From IMG/VR virus record IMGVR_UViG_3300045996_000592, positions 70,156-134,155 of that record: 64,000 nt of DNA. One strand, written 5' to 3'. The first letter of the stretch is position 1. Every line of letters begins with the position of its first letter. Below are positions 38,853-48,720 of this stretch, one piece after another. A model generated the notes under the pieces. The model was not told the DNA's origin, made no database searches, and worked only from the letters and a program-made list of their open reading frames with translations. Source of the stretch: a virus. Both the position numbers and the translations under genes were made by a program.

Positions 38853-39820
38853 GAGTATGTTTTTTTAAGACCCTCTATAAGAGGCTGTGAGACTTCCCAA
38901 CCGATCTTTTCGCGGTAGAGCGTGTTATCCGAGTTCCTACCCCGTACACCGGTGGGACCGGGGATGTTTTTGATCTTTATATCCTTCCCGGAGATACCGA
39001 TGGCCATCTCAGCTAACTGATTTATGGTGACCATCTCCTCGGAACCTATGTTCAGGATATCCGTACAGTCAGATCTCATTAACCGGATGGTGGCCTCTAC
39101 GCACTCGTCGATGTAGAGGAAAGATCTTGTTTGCTTACCATCACCCCAGATTTCTATCTCACCTCCGTCAGGGGCCTCGGCCACCTTTCGACAAATCGCG
39201 GCCGGCGCCTTCTCACGTCCACCACACCAACAACCAAGTATTCCGAAGACATTATGGTATCGGGCTGTCCTGACATTCAGTCCATAGTTCCGACGGTGGG
39301 CATCATATAAAAATTCGCTACATATTTTCTCCCATCCGTAACAGGAGTCGGGTGCAGCAGGAATAGCGGAGTTTTCCTTACAGTTAGGATTATCGGGGTC
39401 TTCCTGGTTATACGCTGGGTAAATACAGGCGCTCGATGAGTAGAATAACTTCTTAACACTTTTCTTGACCGCCTCGTGTGCTACGTTCAGGTTGATGAGC
39501 GCTGAGTTGTGCATAATGTCTGCGTCATTCTCCCCAGTGAAAATAAATTGAGCACCGCCCATGTCGGCTGCGAGCTGATAGACCTCATCAAAAGAGTTCT
39601 CCTTATCACTCTCAGATTGCTGGTTGGGCCCGAACACAACACGGGACACCATCAGAGGATCTCGGAGATCACCAATGATGAACTCATCGCAGATGTATTC
39701 CGGCTTGAGGTATTCTGAGTACTTGAGGTCTACTATACGAACGTAGTTACCGTCTGACTTCAGTCGTTTGGCGAGGTTACTTCCTATGAAGCCCCCTCCA
39801 CCGAGAATTAAAATTTTCAT
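38819..39820 (-). CDS. NAD-dependent epimerase, GDP-mannose 3,5-epimerase-like
   Basis: Start MKILILGGGGFIGS; LAADMGG, SSACIYP, YGWEK, GGREKAPAAICRK and GVRGRNSDN. Confidence 0.9.
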   Translation of the reverse strand: MKILILGGGGFIGSNLAKRLKSDGNYVRIVDLKYSEYLKPEYICDEFIIGDLRDPLMVSRVVFGPNQQSESDKENSFDEVYQLAADMGGAQFIFTGENDADIMHNSALINLNVAHEAVKKSVKKLFYSSSACIYPAYNQEDPDNPNCKENSAIPAAPDSCYGWEKICSEFLYDAHRRNYGLNVRTARYHNVFGILGCWCGGREKAPAAICRKVAEAPDGGEIEIWGDGKQTRSFLYIDECVEATIRLMRSDCTDILNIGSEEMVTINQLAEMAIGISGKDIKIKNIPGPTGVRGRNSDNTLYREKIGWEVSQPLIEGLKKTYSWIENQITNRK

Positions 39821-39842
39821 TATGTGATAGGATATTATGGTT

Positions 39843-40475
39843 TTACTTCCTGATGTATAGTGCGTCACCCCAGCCAAAATTCCCGGCCCACTGGAGTTCC
39901 TTCCTCTCGAACCCGTAACCAGCCAAATACTCCTCCAATTCCGGAAGGAGAGCGCATCCCCTGTAAAGCTCACGTTGGTTAACCTCTACGTATAAATACT
40001 TCACCTTATGAAGCAGTTCTCCGAACCCTTTTAGTACCAGTAGTTCAGCACCCTGGACGTCGATGTTGACGAACGGGTAGTCGTCTATGTTCAACCCGTT
40101 TTCCTTGAAGAGTGTGTCAAGTCGTGATGTTGTGACATTGATCTCCTTTACATACGTTACCTCAGGGTGAGCTATCGTGTGGTAGTCGAGGTCGAGGATA
40201 GAACTACTCTGACCCTCATTATTACTGATCTTGAAGGATAACTTCTCCCCATCTTTATCTGTAAGACAGGCCTCGTATACCAGAGTCTCAGGGAATCTTA
40301 GTGTTCTCTCTACCAGCTCAGGAAGGAGATCGGGGTTAGCTTCTATCCATATAGAGCGTTCTACCCCGTTGTTATAGTAGTCTTCCAACTCTTGGCCTGT
40401 GTTGGCGCCTATATGAAGGGCACCGGTTGGGTTTATCCCGTACTTGGTCGTGATGGTTTTGTAGGGTATCAGCAT
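39843..40475 (-). CDS. FkbM-family methyltransferase
   Basis: HIGANTGQE, IEANP, IDVQGAELLVLKG and WGDALY. Confidence 0.88.
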   Translation of the reverse strand: MLIPYKTITTKYGINPTGALHIGANTGQELEDYYNNGVERSIWIEANPDLLPELVERTLRFPETLVYEACLTDKDGEKLSFKISNNEGQSSSILDLDYHTIAHPEVTYVKEINVTTSRLDTLFKENGLNIDDYPFVNIDVQGAELLVLKGFGELLHKVKYLYVEVNQRELYRGCALLPELEEYLAGYGFERKELQWAGNFGWGDALYIRK

Positions 40476-41911
40476 TATCTTGGTTTTTGATAGAATGAAC
40501 TATAGTCGAACCCTTCGGCGGTAGGTTGGAACCAATACTCACCGAGAGAGGCGAACGTAGAGAACTCCGTTATACCGTTACCTATGTTCGAACGGTTGTC
40601 GTACTGTTTAACGCAGCCGGGTACGTAGGCGTAAGTGTTCAGCTGGGGTTGTAGTTTTATGAACAGCCAATCTATCCCCATCGACATATACACATTTTGG
40701 TCGAGGAGGTCCAGTATGTGGGCCAGCCTCTTCCTGTTCACGATATAGGCGTAGGTAGACCAGCAGCCGTAGGTACGAACAATCTTAGGGTCTTCTGTTG
40801 GTTCCCAGTCCCTGTTCAGATTACAGGTACACATCTGCAGATCAGGGTGGGTATGTTTTCCGTTAACCGACTTGTGCCAGGTCGGTTTTTTATGATAGGT
40901 TCCACCTAACCAGAATACGTCCCATTCCCGGTGGGATAAAAACTCTTCTATATGTTTTAGTCTTTCCTGTATGTCGTCACAGAATATAAGATCGTCCTCC
41001 ATAACGAACGCATGAGAGTTCCTGGACAGCGCCTCCTTCATTACCGCTACCTGTGAGTAGTGGCACCCGATCGCACCTGGCGTCCTGTTGAGCATTACCG
41101 ATATCTTATGTTCCGGTTCTTCTACTTCTTCCGGTAAGAGCCCTTTCAACCTATCAGCCTTTATCCCGACCCGGGTAAGCTCATTCACCATCCGTTCGTT
41201 CCTATCCGGTCTACTATCGAGGTTGATGTAGGCAGCGTACATATCCAATAACGAGAACTCCTTTTTAGGTGGAGCCGGCGCCTCGTACTTATGGAACGCG
41301 AACGGGATAATCCCCTCAGTTTCCGGGATAGGGACCTCGTGTGAGAAGTATTTAGCTACCTCCAGCGGTGCGAACCGGCAGCCGTCCTCTTCGAATATGT
41401 GGCGGTTGTGTACACAGATCTGGGAATCTTCGTTATAATTACCCTCGAACTTCTTCCAGATAACATCTTTTTCACGGGGTATCATCAGGAGTTTTCTGCT
41501 CCGGATCGACACACTATTACCTACCCGGACTTGGTTCCCGTTCTTGTCTCTCATGTGTCCGGGGTCTGATGGTTCCGGCCAGGGAGCGCCGATAAAATCG
41601 TATTCGAGGAATTCCTCCTTCCACGAACCGGGGTTGATCACGTACCCGTCATAGTGGATCAGCATACAGTATGGGGTGTCTACGTGTTTCCACAGATGGT
41701 AGAAAATGTAGTTGTTCCAGTCGTCTATATCCGTCATCTTATGGACGGGTTCGTAGGTGATAAACTCGGGTAAATTCTCCGGTTTGTAGTGGGAGACGAT
41801 CTTTACCGATCCCCACTTTATCCCATTACTACTCTGTATTAACGCAGTTACTGTCTCTTCTACCTGTCTTGTCGCTACTGCTATAAGGGTTATGTTGGTT
41901 AGTTCTAACAT
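40475..41911 (-). CDS. Two-domain glycosyltransferase (DUF5672-like plus GT25)
   Basis: IHYDGYV..YDFIGAPW..VGN.VSIRS..NED..FAFH, then YINLDSRPDR..GAIGCHYS..VMEDD. Confidence 0.8.
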   Translation of the reverse strand: MLELTNITLIAVATRQVEETVTALIQSSNGIKWGSVKIVSHYKPENLPEFITYEPVHKMTDIDDWNNYIFYHLWKHVDTPYCMLIHYDGYVINPGSWKEEFLEYDFIGAPWPEPSDPGHMRDKNGNQVRVGNSVSIRSRKLLMIPREKDVIWKKFEGNYNEDSQICVHNRHIFEEDGCRFAPLEVAKYFSHEVPIPETEGIIPFAFHKYEAPAPPKKEFSLLDMYAAYINLDSRPDRNERMVNELTRVGIKADRLKGLLPEEVEEPEHKISVMLNRTPGAIGCHYSQVAVMKEALSRNSHAFVMEDDLIFCDDIQERLKHIEEFLSHREWDVFWLGGTYHKKPTWHKSVNGKHTHPDLQMCTCNLNRDWEPTEDPKIVRTYGCWSTYAYIVNRKRLAHILDLLDQNVYMSMGIDWLFIKLQPQLNTYAYVPGCVKQYDNRSNIGNGITEFSTFASLGEYWFQPTAEGFDYSSFYQKPR

Positions 41912-41912
41912 G

Positions 41913-42659
41913 TTAAGGTTTTATCTGTATCCACTCTTCTGGTATCATGTGTTTGTTGGCGCCTCTGAACAGGTTCTCGTAAGACGGGCACACCACGATC
42001 TTATCCGGGTTTCGGTTTAACCACGCGGCCATAAAAGAGAAGGAACTGTTGGCCACTACCTGGTGTTCGCAGGAACTCAACAGAGACATATCTTCTATTT
42101 CACTCGTCCCGGTAGAGAACTCAAAACCTGTGTTGAAATTCTCATGGGTGAAGTTCTCCATACACTTCGGAATATCATCTGAGAACATTATGAACCGACT
42201 GTAGCCCATCACGCGGAAATACTGAACCGCCTTCTGGTAATAGCTGAGGGGTAGCGGTGGGAACGCGTCCGAATGGATGAGGTAATCACCTAACCGGACG
42301 TGGATGCCAACCACTCCAGGTTTAGGTTCATAAGGTACCCCGAACGCTTCCAATACATCCTGCCGGCACCAGTCAAAATACTTGAAGGACTGCCAGTAAC
42401 CGATCAGGTTTATCCTGTCGATCTTCGGGATGTCATGGTAGAACGGCTGGTTATTAGGGGTTGGTTCGAAATAAGGTATGGTCTGATCCAGCGGCCCGGT
42501 CGTCGAGGGTACTTTAAGGTATACCCTTGTGCCGTCACAGTGAGAGGCATGTGTAGGAATATGGTAGTCCATCCCGTGTTTCTTGGCGTAGGCGATCAGG
42601 GTAGCAGTGGAGTATAGCTGATTTCCAAATCTTCCCTGTAGTGTTACTGTAGCGGTCAT
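41913..42659 (-). CDS. GT11 alpha-1,2-fucosyltransferase-like
   Basis: GRFGNQ, GYWQSFKYF, HVRLGDY, FSDD and ANSSFS. Confidence 0.88.
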   Translation of the reverse strand: MTATVTLQGRFGNQLYSTATLIAYAKKHGMDYHIPTHASHCDGTRVYLKVPSTTGPLDQTIPYFEPTPNNQPFYHDIPKIDRINLIGYWQSFKYFDWCRQDVLEAFGVPYEPKPGVVGIHVRLGDYLIHSDAFPPLPLSYYQKAVQYFRVMGYSRFIMFSDDIPKCMENFTHENFNTGFEFSTGTSEIEDMSLLSSCEHQVVANSSFSFMAAWLNRNPDKIVVCPSYENLFRGANKHMIPEEWIQIKP

Positions 42660-43354
42660 AGGCTTTTTATCTTGTTGATGACCTGGTCATAGAAGTTGCC
42701 GGTCTTGTGGTTATTATTCTGGTAGTGGGAGTCTTTATGTACGAGGTGGTCGTACTGCAGTCCCGGGGTGACGTACATCTTGTACCCGGCGGTAAACCAA
42801 CGGTAATTCTGATAAATAGAATCCGCCGTGTGCGGGTTAACCGAGTCATCCCAAACCTCGATGTACTTATCCCTGTTGACGAAATAGTTCATACAGTTCA
42901 GCATGGTGTCGAACATACCCTTACCGAGGTAGCTGTTGATGTTTTTCCTGTCTACAGTAAGGCCGCTGAACTCCCTATAGTCGAACTGGGGACGGGCGAA
43001 CTCCGGCATATAGACGGTGTCTTCCGACCATTCCCTGCAGAACAATTCATCCAGGTAGGTCTTGCTGATCTTATTATCGCTGTCCAGGAGTATTACCCAG
43101 TCATTGGATGCCAGCATAACCGCCATCATCTTGTTCCGGTAACAGTCGAGATTCTGATCGTTTTGAAAGAGTGCTACCTTCGGAACGTATTCGTAATATT
43201 TTACAAGGTTCTCATAAGAATCATCCGTACTGCAGTCGTCCACGATTACGATCTCCGAGACGCGGTCATCGTGCAGTACTTCGTTCACTGACTCTGTGGT
43301 CAGGCGGAACCTGTTATATGTCGGGATAACTACCGATATATATCTCTTATTCAT
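42656..43354 (-). CDS. GT2 glycosyltransferase
   Basis: ISVVIPTYNR..IVIVDDCSTD..LLDSD. Confidence 0.88.
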   Translation of the reverse strand: MNKRYISVVIPTYNRFRLTTESVNEVLHDDRVSEIVIVDDCSTDDSYENLVKYYEYVPKVALFQNDQNLDCYRNKMMAVMLASNDWVILLDSDNKISKTYLDELFCREWSEDTVYMPEFARPQFDYREFSGLTVDRKNINSYLGKGMFDTMLNCMNYFVNRDKYIEVWDDSVNPHTADSIYQNYRWFTAGYKMYVTPGLQYDHLVHKDSHYQNNNHKTGNFYDQVINKIKSL

Positions 43355-43985
43355 AGACCGGCGTGATTATTTTTAAGTGTGTGTATGTTCCTTTATTCTC
43401 AACCGAGGATACCTCGTAACGGGCTGTGCTGAGCCCCTCTGAGAAATCCCGGCCAGCGCCCAGTACTGACAAATTATGCCGGTAATGGTCTGATCTCTTG
43501 GGTCTTGGGTGCGCGAAACATTCGAATCTCCCGCTCTTCACCTTCGTTAGGATACCCTTTTGGGTGAAGGATACTTTAAGATGATCATCTTCCCCGCCGT
43601 ATCCTTTGAACCGGTTGGAGAACCCATTAACCTGTTCGTAGTGGTCTTTCGATAGAACTACCACACCCCCGAAAAAGTCACGATAGAACAACCTGTAGTC
43701 GAACTGGCTGGCCTCTCCTGCTATCATGGTGGGGCACTCACAGAAGGAATAGTCTACCTTCCCGGCCACCGGCAGGAAATCAACGTCGTGGAGTACCAGA
43801 TAGTCGCAGTCCTTCCCGAACTCCTTATAGGCTGCGTTGAACAGTAATCCTTTGTTCCAGGGATTTGAATCTAGCTGTTCGCAAACAACTACAGGTAGCT
43901 CCGGGTAATGGGCTGCCATGTAGAGGGTGAAACAGGATAGGTGAGTTACCCGGTCTCTATAAGGAACGATGACGATTGGTTTCAA
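43347..43985 (-). CDS. GT7 beta-1,4-galactosyltransferase-like
   Basis: Probable TTG start at 43985; VPYRDR, NKGLLFN, HDVD, FFGGV and GFSNRFKGYGGEDD. Confidence 0.85.
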   Translation of the reverse strand: MKPIVIVPYRDRVTHLSCFTLYMAAHYPELPVVVCEQLDSNPWNKGLLFNAAYKEFGKDCDYLVLHDVDFLPVAGKVDYSFCECPTMIAGEASQFDYRLFYRDFFGGVVVLSKDHYEQVNGFSNRFKGYGGEDDHLKVSFTQKGILTKVKSGRFECFAHPRPKRSDHYRHNLSVLGAGRDFSEGLSTARYEVSSVENKGTYTHLKIITPVYE

Positions 43986-44628
43986 GTAACTTCTGTTTAT
44001 AAGTGCTGATCTTAATATCTGAGTGGTCGAGGACGTATTGTTCCTCTTCGGGGAGATTATCCCAGTCTGCATACCAGGGTCGGTGCCGGCAGGTGTACTC
44101 CCCGGCCACCCGTACCGCGGTATAGGTAAATCCTTCACGCGGCCTGAATACGGCGAAAGTAGTATCCAGTATTGAGTTATAGACTTCCAGGTTGTGAGGT
44201 AACCTCTTTACCCAGAACTGTTTTTCGTGGCGGATGAGCTCCTCCGTGAATTTATTATCCGGCAGGTCATCTATCCTGAGCGCCAGTCCAGCCTTTGGAA
44301 CTCTGAGTTCACGGATAAGTCCTGTGAGTACTTCTAAAATATCCGCGGGTGTATTCGGATCAAGTTCTATGTCTGAGTCCGTGTAAGCGATAAATTCGTT
44401 CTGCCGGAAGGTCCTGACGTACCCTGTGTCCCAGAGAGCCCTCGAACCGATATTCCTATTTAGGTAAACCACGTCGGCGCCACAGTTCTTGTACCAATCC
44501 AGCAGAGCAGGATAGGTGCTGTCATTATCCAGTATGCGGATATCTGTCACGCCTAACCGGATCAGGTCGTTTACGAGTTTTCGGGTGGTGCAGAGTCGGT
44601 TGAAGTTGTTAATGACTACCGGGATCAT
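43957..44628 (-). CDS. GT-A fold glycosyltransferase (GT2-like)
   Basis: VVINNFNR..ILDNDSTY..TDSD..LDTTFA..CRHRPWY. Confidence 0.8.
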   Translation of the reverse strand: MIPVVINNFNRLCTTRKLVNDLIRLGVTDIRILDNDSTYPALLDWYKNCGADVVYLNRNIGSRALWDTGYVRTFRQNEFIAYTDSDIELDPNTPADILEVLTGLIRELRVPKAGLALRIDDLPDNKFTEELIRHEKQFWVKRLPHNLEVYNSILDTTFAVFRPREGFTYTAVRVAGEYTCRHRPWYADWDNLPEEEQYVLDHSDIKISTYKQKLLETNRHRSL

Positions 44629-44648
44629 AGGTTACCTAATATACGGTA

Positions 44649-45035
44649 CTAACTTGGAGTATCCAAAATTAATTTTCCCTTTAGGTAGGCGAGTGCGGTG
44701 TCGTAGAAGACCTTGGCTTCAGGGCCCTTCTGGAAGTAAATAGAGATCTCATCCATACCGTTCAATAGTAAGGTGACCGTCCAATGAGCTGTTTTCCCGT
44801 CTTCTTCTTTTTCATTGTACATCTGCAGGCCTACCAGTTGATTCCGCAGATAAGACCTGCGAACATTTTCGAGAACATTCTCTAAACGATCTTCTTCCTC
44901 CTCATCCTGGGTACTGATATCTATCTTGGCGTGGAGCCGGTAGTGGAAACAGTCTTCTTCAAACAATATATAATATTCTTTGGCCTCGCGGATCTTGTCC
45001 ACCTTCAGGTCGAAGAGTTCGAAGTCACACTTCAT
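44649..45035 (-). CDS. Hypothetical protein
   Basis: 128-aa ORF with an A/C-rich leader. Confidence 0.7.
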   Translation of the reverse strand: MKCDFELFDLKVDKIREAKEYYILFEEDCFHYRLHAKIDISTQDEEEEDRLENVLENVRRSYLRNQLVGLQMYNEKEEDGKTAHWTVTLLLNGMDEISIYFQKGPEAKVFYDTALAYLKGKLILDTPS

Positions 45036-45054
45036 ATAGTAGGGTTATTGGTTT

Positions 45055-45570
45055 TTACTGATCATATGCAAGGTCTATTTGGCCGCGCACCCGGGTACTG
45101 ATCTCTTCCTGTAACTCTGTGTAGGCCTGATCGTACACCTTGGCGATATTCGGCATATCCTTCATCATAGAGCGGATCTCTGTACTGGAACCGTCCCTGC
45201 CGGTCGAGATAGAAGCGGTCTTGAGGAAGTTGATCATACGTTCGTACATCATCTTCTGCGCTTCCCACGCCCGGTACTTGATAGTTTTCACCCGTTCCTG
45301 ATAGTTTTTAAGAGCTACCTGGATAACCTCTTCTTCCGGGTCGAAGTCCGCCTGTATGTCTTTCAGGATAGTTATTTCCTTATCTTCCTCGGCCATCTCC
45401 ATATATGGGTTGGCCTTGAAGTCGGGGTAACACATATAGAACAGATAGGTGTATATCTTTGGGTAGCTAGATGGGAACTCGTCAATGATAGCCTTTAGCC
45501 AGTGTATGGTGTGACAGTGAGCCGTCGGTACTACGACACCGTTCTCTATATCAAAAAGTTGGGGGATCAT
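45055..45570 (-). CDS. Conserved crAss-like protein, candidate terminase small subunit
   Basis: LFDIENG..YLFYMC..NPY..RVRG..LAYD; homologues usually precede TerL. Confidence 0.5.
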   Translation of the reverse strand: MIPQLFDIENGVVVPTAHCHTIHWLKAIIDEFPSSYPKIYTYLFYMCYPDFKANPYMEMAEEDKEITILKDIQADFDPEEEVIQVALKNYQERVKTIKYRAWEAQKMMYERMINFLKTASISTGRDGSSTEIRSMMKDMPNIAKVYDQAYTELQEEISTRVRGQIDLAYDQ

Positions 45571-46595
45571 TAGTTCTTTATTAGGTGCTCGAGTATCTGC
45601 CGACGGGTTTTGTTCCAGACGGTCAGGTCGTACATTTCAGTTATCTTCTCTGCCAGCGCTGCTCCCGACTCCCTGACGAAAGAGGGATTCTTGATACAGT
45701 ACCGGATATAGGTCAGCCAGTCCGACCCCTTCTCCACCCACATAATACCGGGAACGTCCTTGAGTTCGGGATAGTATGGTTCTACTTTACTGACGATACA
45801 GGGGAGTTTACGGGTTGCGGCTTCAAGGATCTTCAAGACACTTTTGTGGGCGTTAAACCCATTCTTTACCAGTGGTACGAGTACTACGTCGGCGTCATCG
45901 AAGAACGTCAGGTAGTCGTCTACGCTACGCGAAGGAAGACACCAGCTGTTACCGGTCCTGTTGAAGATGGACTTCATCTGGTCCCAGGGTTTGGCCGGTG
46001 TATAACCCGCAAGAATGAACTCGGCGTTATCCTTGATGAAGCCGTCGTTCTTTATGCGGTCGAACTGGTTAGCGAGGAGTTGAATGTCGGGTAAGTGAGA
46101 GATACCGCCGGCCCAAAGGAACCGGGTTTTATCGGAAGGAGTCCATTTGTCCGCGTTATAACCTTCTGCGCCAAATGGCATGGCGTTAGGAATAACGACT
46201 ACGTTTTTGTTGTAAGGGAGTATCTTATCTCGGAGTTGGAAGTTGGTACAGATAACCAGATCGGCTACCCGTAGGTGGGCCATATACGCCTCGTTTACCC
46301 GGTACTTATACCAGAAATCGTGGTAGTAGTTACTTGGCGGTACCTCCCAGTAGTCGTCCATATCCACTACTGTTTTAACGCCGGCTGCCTTCTTCTGCTC
46401 TATCCAGCTGATAGGGCAGTTGATAATGGTCCGGTTGTAGTAGAGAATATCCGGCTCCCCGATAGATTTATAGTCCTGTTCGAAGACCATCTGCGGATTA
46501 TCTCCTGCCTGCCATCCCATGAACTCCATGGGTACCACCAGACGAATAAACGAACAGCCGTTGTTATTAGGTTTTACTACGAAGGTGAGGTTCAA
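45570..46595 (-). CDS. GT-B (GT4-like) glycosyltransferase
   Basis: DMDDYW, VIPNA, WAGGISH and PLVKNGFNAHKSVLKILEA. Confidence 0.82.
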   Translation of the reverse strand: MNLTFVVKPNNNGCSFIRLVVPMEFMGWQAGDNPQMVFEQDYKSIGEPDILYYNRTIINCPISWIEQKKAAGVKTVVDMDDYWEVPPSNYYHDFWYKYRVNEAYMAHLRVADLVICTNFQLRDKILPYNKNVVVIPNAMPFGAEGYNADKWTPSDKTRFLWAGGISHLPDIQLLANQFDRIKNDGFIKDNAEFILAGYTPAKPWDQMKSIFNRTGNSWCLPSRSVDDYLTFFDDADVVLVPLVKNGFNAHKSVLKILEAATRKLPCIVSKVEPYYPELKDVPGIMWVEKGSDWLTYIRYCIKNPSFVRESGAALAEKITEMYDLTVWNKTRRQILEHLIKN

Positions 46596-46634
46596 GGGTG
46601 ATAGGGTTTTATAATGTCAAGTATTCTGTACAGT

Positions 46635-46835
46635 TTACTTGATATTTTCTTCAAATGATCTCAGATAACAGTCGAACCCGAGCGTTACTGGATGAGAACT
46701 ATATTCTAATGGGAGTACTCCGTATGTCTTCATCAGATTCCACATACTATTATAACCTATAAGACGGTCTGTATACTCTTCCACATAAAGGTTTATATAG
46801 TTGGACAGGTGGTGTAACTTCTGTTCTGGTGTCAT
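46635..46835 (-). CDS. Hypothetical protein
   Basis: ATGA overlap with the nuclease stop. Confidence 0.55.
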   Translation of the reverse strand: MTPEQKLHHLSNYINLYVEEYTDRLIGYNSMWNLMKTYGVLPLEYSSHPVTLGFDCYLRSFEENIK

Positions 46836-47680
46836 GCCGCCTTCTTCAGTGAGTTCTGTTCCTTAAGGTAGTTGATGACTGCAGCCGCCTCTTGTTTCAT
46901 GTAGGAGAGTGATATTTCCACTACATCCTTCACGATAGGCTCACCGGCCTCGTTATACCTGATGATCCGGTTACCGTACTTATCTTCCCCATTCTCTTCA
47001 AACAGGATGTGGTTGATAGTAAGACTACCGATTGTGTAGTTGAAGTTGTGCCGGAGTACCATGTAGGCATACAAACTCAGCTGTATAGAATAATGATTGT
47101 ACTCGCAACATTCAAGGTGAGAGAGAACTCCCTTCATCATCTTAGGTGTCTTGGCCTTGACCGCATCATTCCAGAGTAGCACCGAGCTCCGATCTATCTT
47201 CTTGGAGGACTTGTGATCCCTGACGTGGAGTACGCCGTTCACGATCTCTATCTCGTCCGCCTGACCGCAGAGGCCGGCAGATTTAAGATAACATAAGTGT
47301 TCCGGGTATATTGAGTTATCCTTTAATTTCTGGTCCCGAGATAGTACACCACCGGCGGTCTTTATGGATGGCATCACCAGGAGGTCTATCCCGTGTCTGT
47401 TGACCACGGAACCACTCAGTAATTCATTCTCCTTTTTCTTATGGTACCAAGTACCAAGTTCTGTTGACCTCCTGGAGTTATCTGCCCATATCTGGGTAAT
47501 CTGTTCCGGGGTGAGCCCGTAATACTTACCGTCAACCTTCTCGCTCTGTTTTTTAGCCTGGGCGGGGTCGAACGGTTCTTTGAATAGTTTAAGCGCCGTG
47601 GTCACTGATAACCACTCTATATTTTCTCCGGGGTCGGTACTTCTGTACTTGTGATCTTCTTCTGTAAAAACGATAGACAT
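46832..47680 (-). CDS. PD-(D/E)XK exonuclease (Cas4-like, crAss type)
   Basis: FTEEDHKY, SVTT, GTWYH, CGQAD..DHKS and YSIQLSLY. Confidence 0.85.
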   Translation of the reverse strand: MSIVFTEEDHKYRSTDPGENIEWLSVTTALKLFKEPFDPAQAKKQSEKVDGKYYGLTPEQITQIWADNSRRSTELGTWYHKKKENELLSGSVVNRHGIDLLVMPSIKTAGGVLSRDQKLKDNSIYPEHLCYLKSAGLCGQADEIEIVNGVLHVRDHKSSKKIDRSSVLLWNDAVKAKTPKMMKGVLSHLECCEYNHYSIQLSLYAYMVLRHNFNYTIGSLTINHILFEENGEDKYGNRIIRYNEAGEPIVKDVVEISLSYMKQEAAAVINYLKEQNSLKKAA

Positions 47681-47722
47681 AGGATCATTAAGTTAGGGTA
47701 TATAGACGGTATGACCAAAAAA

Positions 47723-48022
47723 TCACACCGCTTTTTTCAGGTGCTTATGAAACCCTATCTCCTCGGTCGTTACACCTACCTGTCTTTTGATCTCCAGCAG
47801 CTGCTCTACCGGGTGATTGATGTTATAAAACTGCCCAGAGAACCTGTCATAAACGACGGCTTTTCCAGGGACAGTTTTACCGTTCTTGGTGTACTCAGAC
47901 GGATAACCAAGATCTGCGCGATCGAACCACTGTTTATAAGTGATCTGTTTTGTCCTCTTCCCACTCTGCTCCTCGTAAAATATCTCTAACTCGACTTGTT
48001 GGTTTTTCTCTGTTCCGTACAT
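47723..48022 (-). CDS. Hypothetical protein
   Basis: 99-aa ORF. Confidence 0.65.
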   Translation of the reverse strand: MYGTEKNQQVELEIFYEEQSGKRTKQITYKQWFDRADLGYPSEYTKNGKTVPGKAVVYDRFSGQFYNINHPVEQLLEIKRQVGVTTEEIGFHKHLKKAV

Positions 48023-48050
48023 AAAAAAAGAGTTTTAGTGTTATGGTATA

Positions 48051-48359
48051 TTAATCTTTCAGTGTTTCCTGAGGACCCCACAGAGGCCTCTGTCCTATCT
48101 CTGCCAGACTACACGTACTGTCCATACTCGAGCAGAGTTCTACCAGGGGGCAGCCACAGCCGCCGCAAGTCTCACGACCAGGCAAGTAGGCCTTAGGACT
48201 GACCCCTTCTTTATCATAAAGACGACAGGTATTCGACCGGCATATCTTCAACCGGGCTTCGGCTACCTCCTTCTTTTTTTCGTCAGTGGATAGGTGGGCA
48301 TTAAACCAACCCGCTATTATCAGGCGCAGGTGAGCTATCAGGTACTTTAGTTTGTTCAT
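48051..48359 (-). CDS. Small Cys-rich (Zn-binding) protein
   Basis: RLKICRSNTC..CGGCGC..C..W. Confidence 0.6.
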   Translation of the reverse strand: MNKLKYLIAHLRLIIAGWFNAHLSTDEKKKEVAEARLKICRSNTCRLYDKEGVSPKAYLPGRETCGGCGCPLVELCSSMDSTCSLAEIGQRPLWGPQETLKD

Positions 48360-48720
48360 AGGATAGGCGTTTTAGCTTATGTTCTTCTTTCCTCTTCTGA
48401 TCTTCTTCCCAGATACTCTTCAACCTCTGTAACTTCCAGAGTTCCGATTCCTTTTTTTCTCTGACAAGATTCTTGACAACCCCTGTCAGCCTCGTCCGTT
48501 CTTCAAACTCCTCTATCTGAGTGATCCTTTTATCCAGTAACCACTCTTTTATACATAAAGTACCCAGAAGCGGTATGCGTAATCGTAAGTCTGTCAGGTC
48601 AGTAGCGAGTTCTCTAACATAAGAGTAATAACCATTCACCACCTTCCCTACGATCTCCGCGTCTACACCCAGTTTTTCAGCGGTCACCGGGATCAGCGTC
48701 TTAGCTTTTACCGGTACCAT
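48301..48720 (-). CDS. IHF/HU-like DNA-binding protein
   Basis: TAEKLGVDAEIVGKVV..LRIPLLGTL. Confidence 0.65.
   Translation of the reverse strand: MVPVKAKTLIPVTAEKLGVDAEIVGKVVNGYYSYVRELATDLTDLRLRIPLLGTLCIKEWLLDKRITQIEEFEERTRLTGVVKNLVREKKESELWKLQRLKSIWEEDQKRKEEHKLKRLSYEQTKVPDSSPAPDNSGLV

Noticed and set aside
38819-44138. Long N-terminal extensions of the epimerase (39973) and GT7 (44138) ORFs
   Set aside because: They overlap upstream genes in another frame. Family motifs begin at 39820 and about 43985.
17967-46601. Numerous plus-strand ORFs of 60-236 aa opposite structural and glycosyltransferase genes
   Set aside because: Antisense shadows of well-supported minus-strand genes, with no motifs or leaders.
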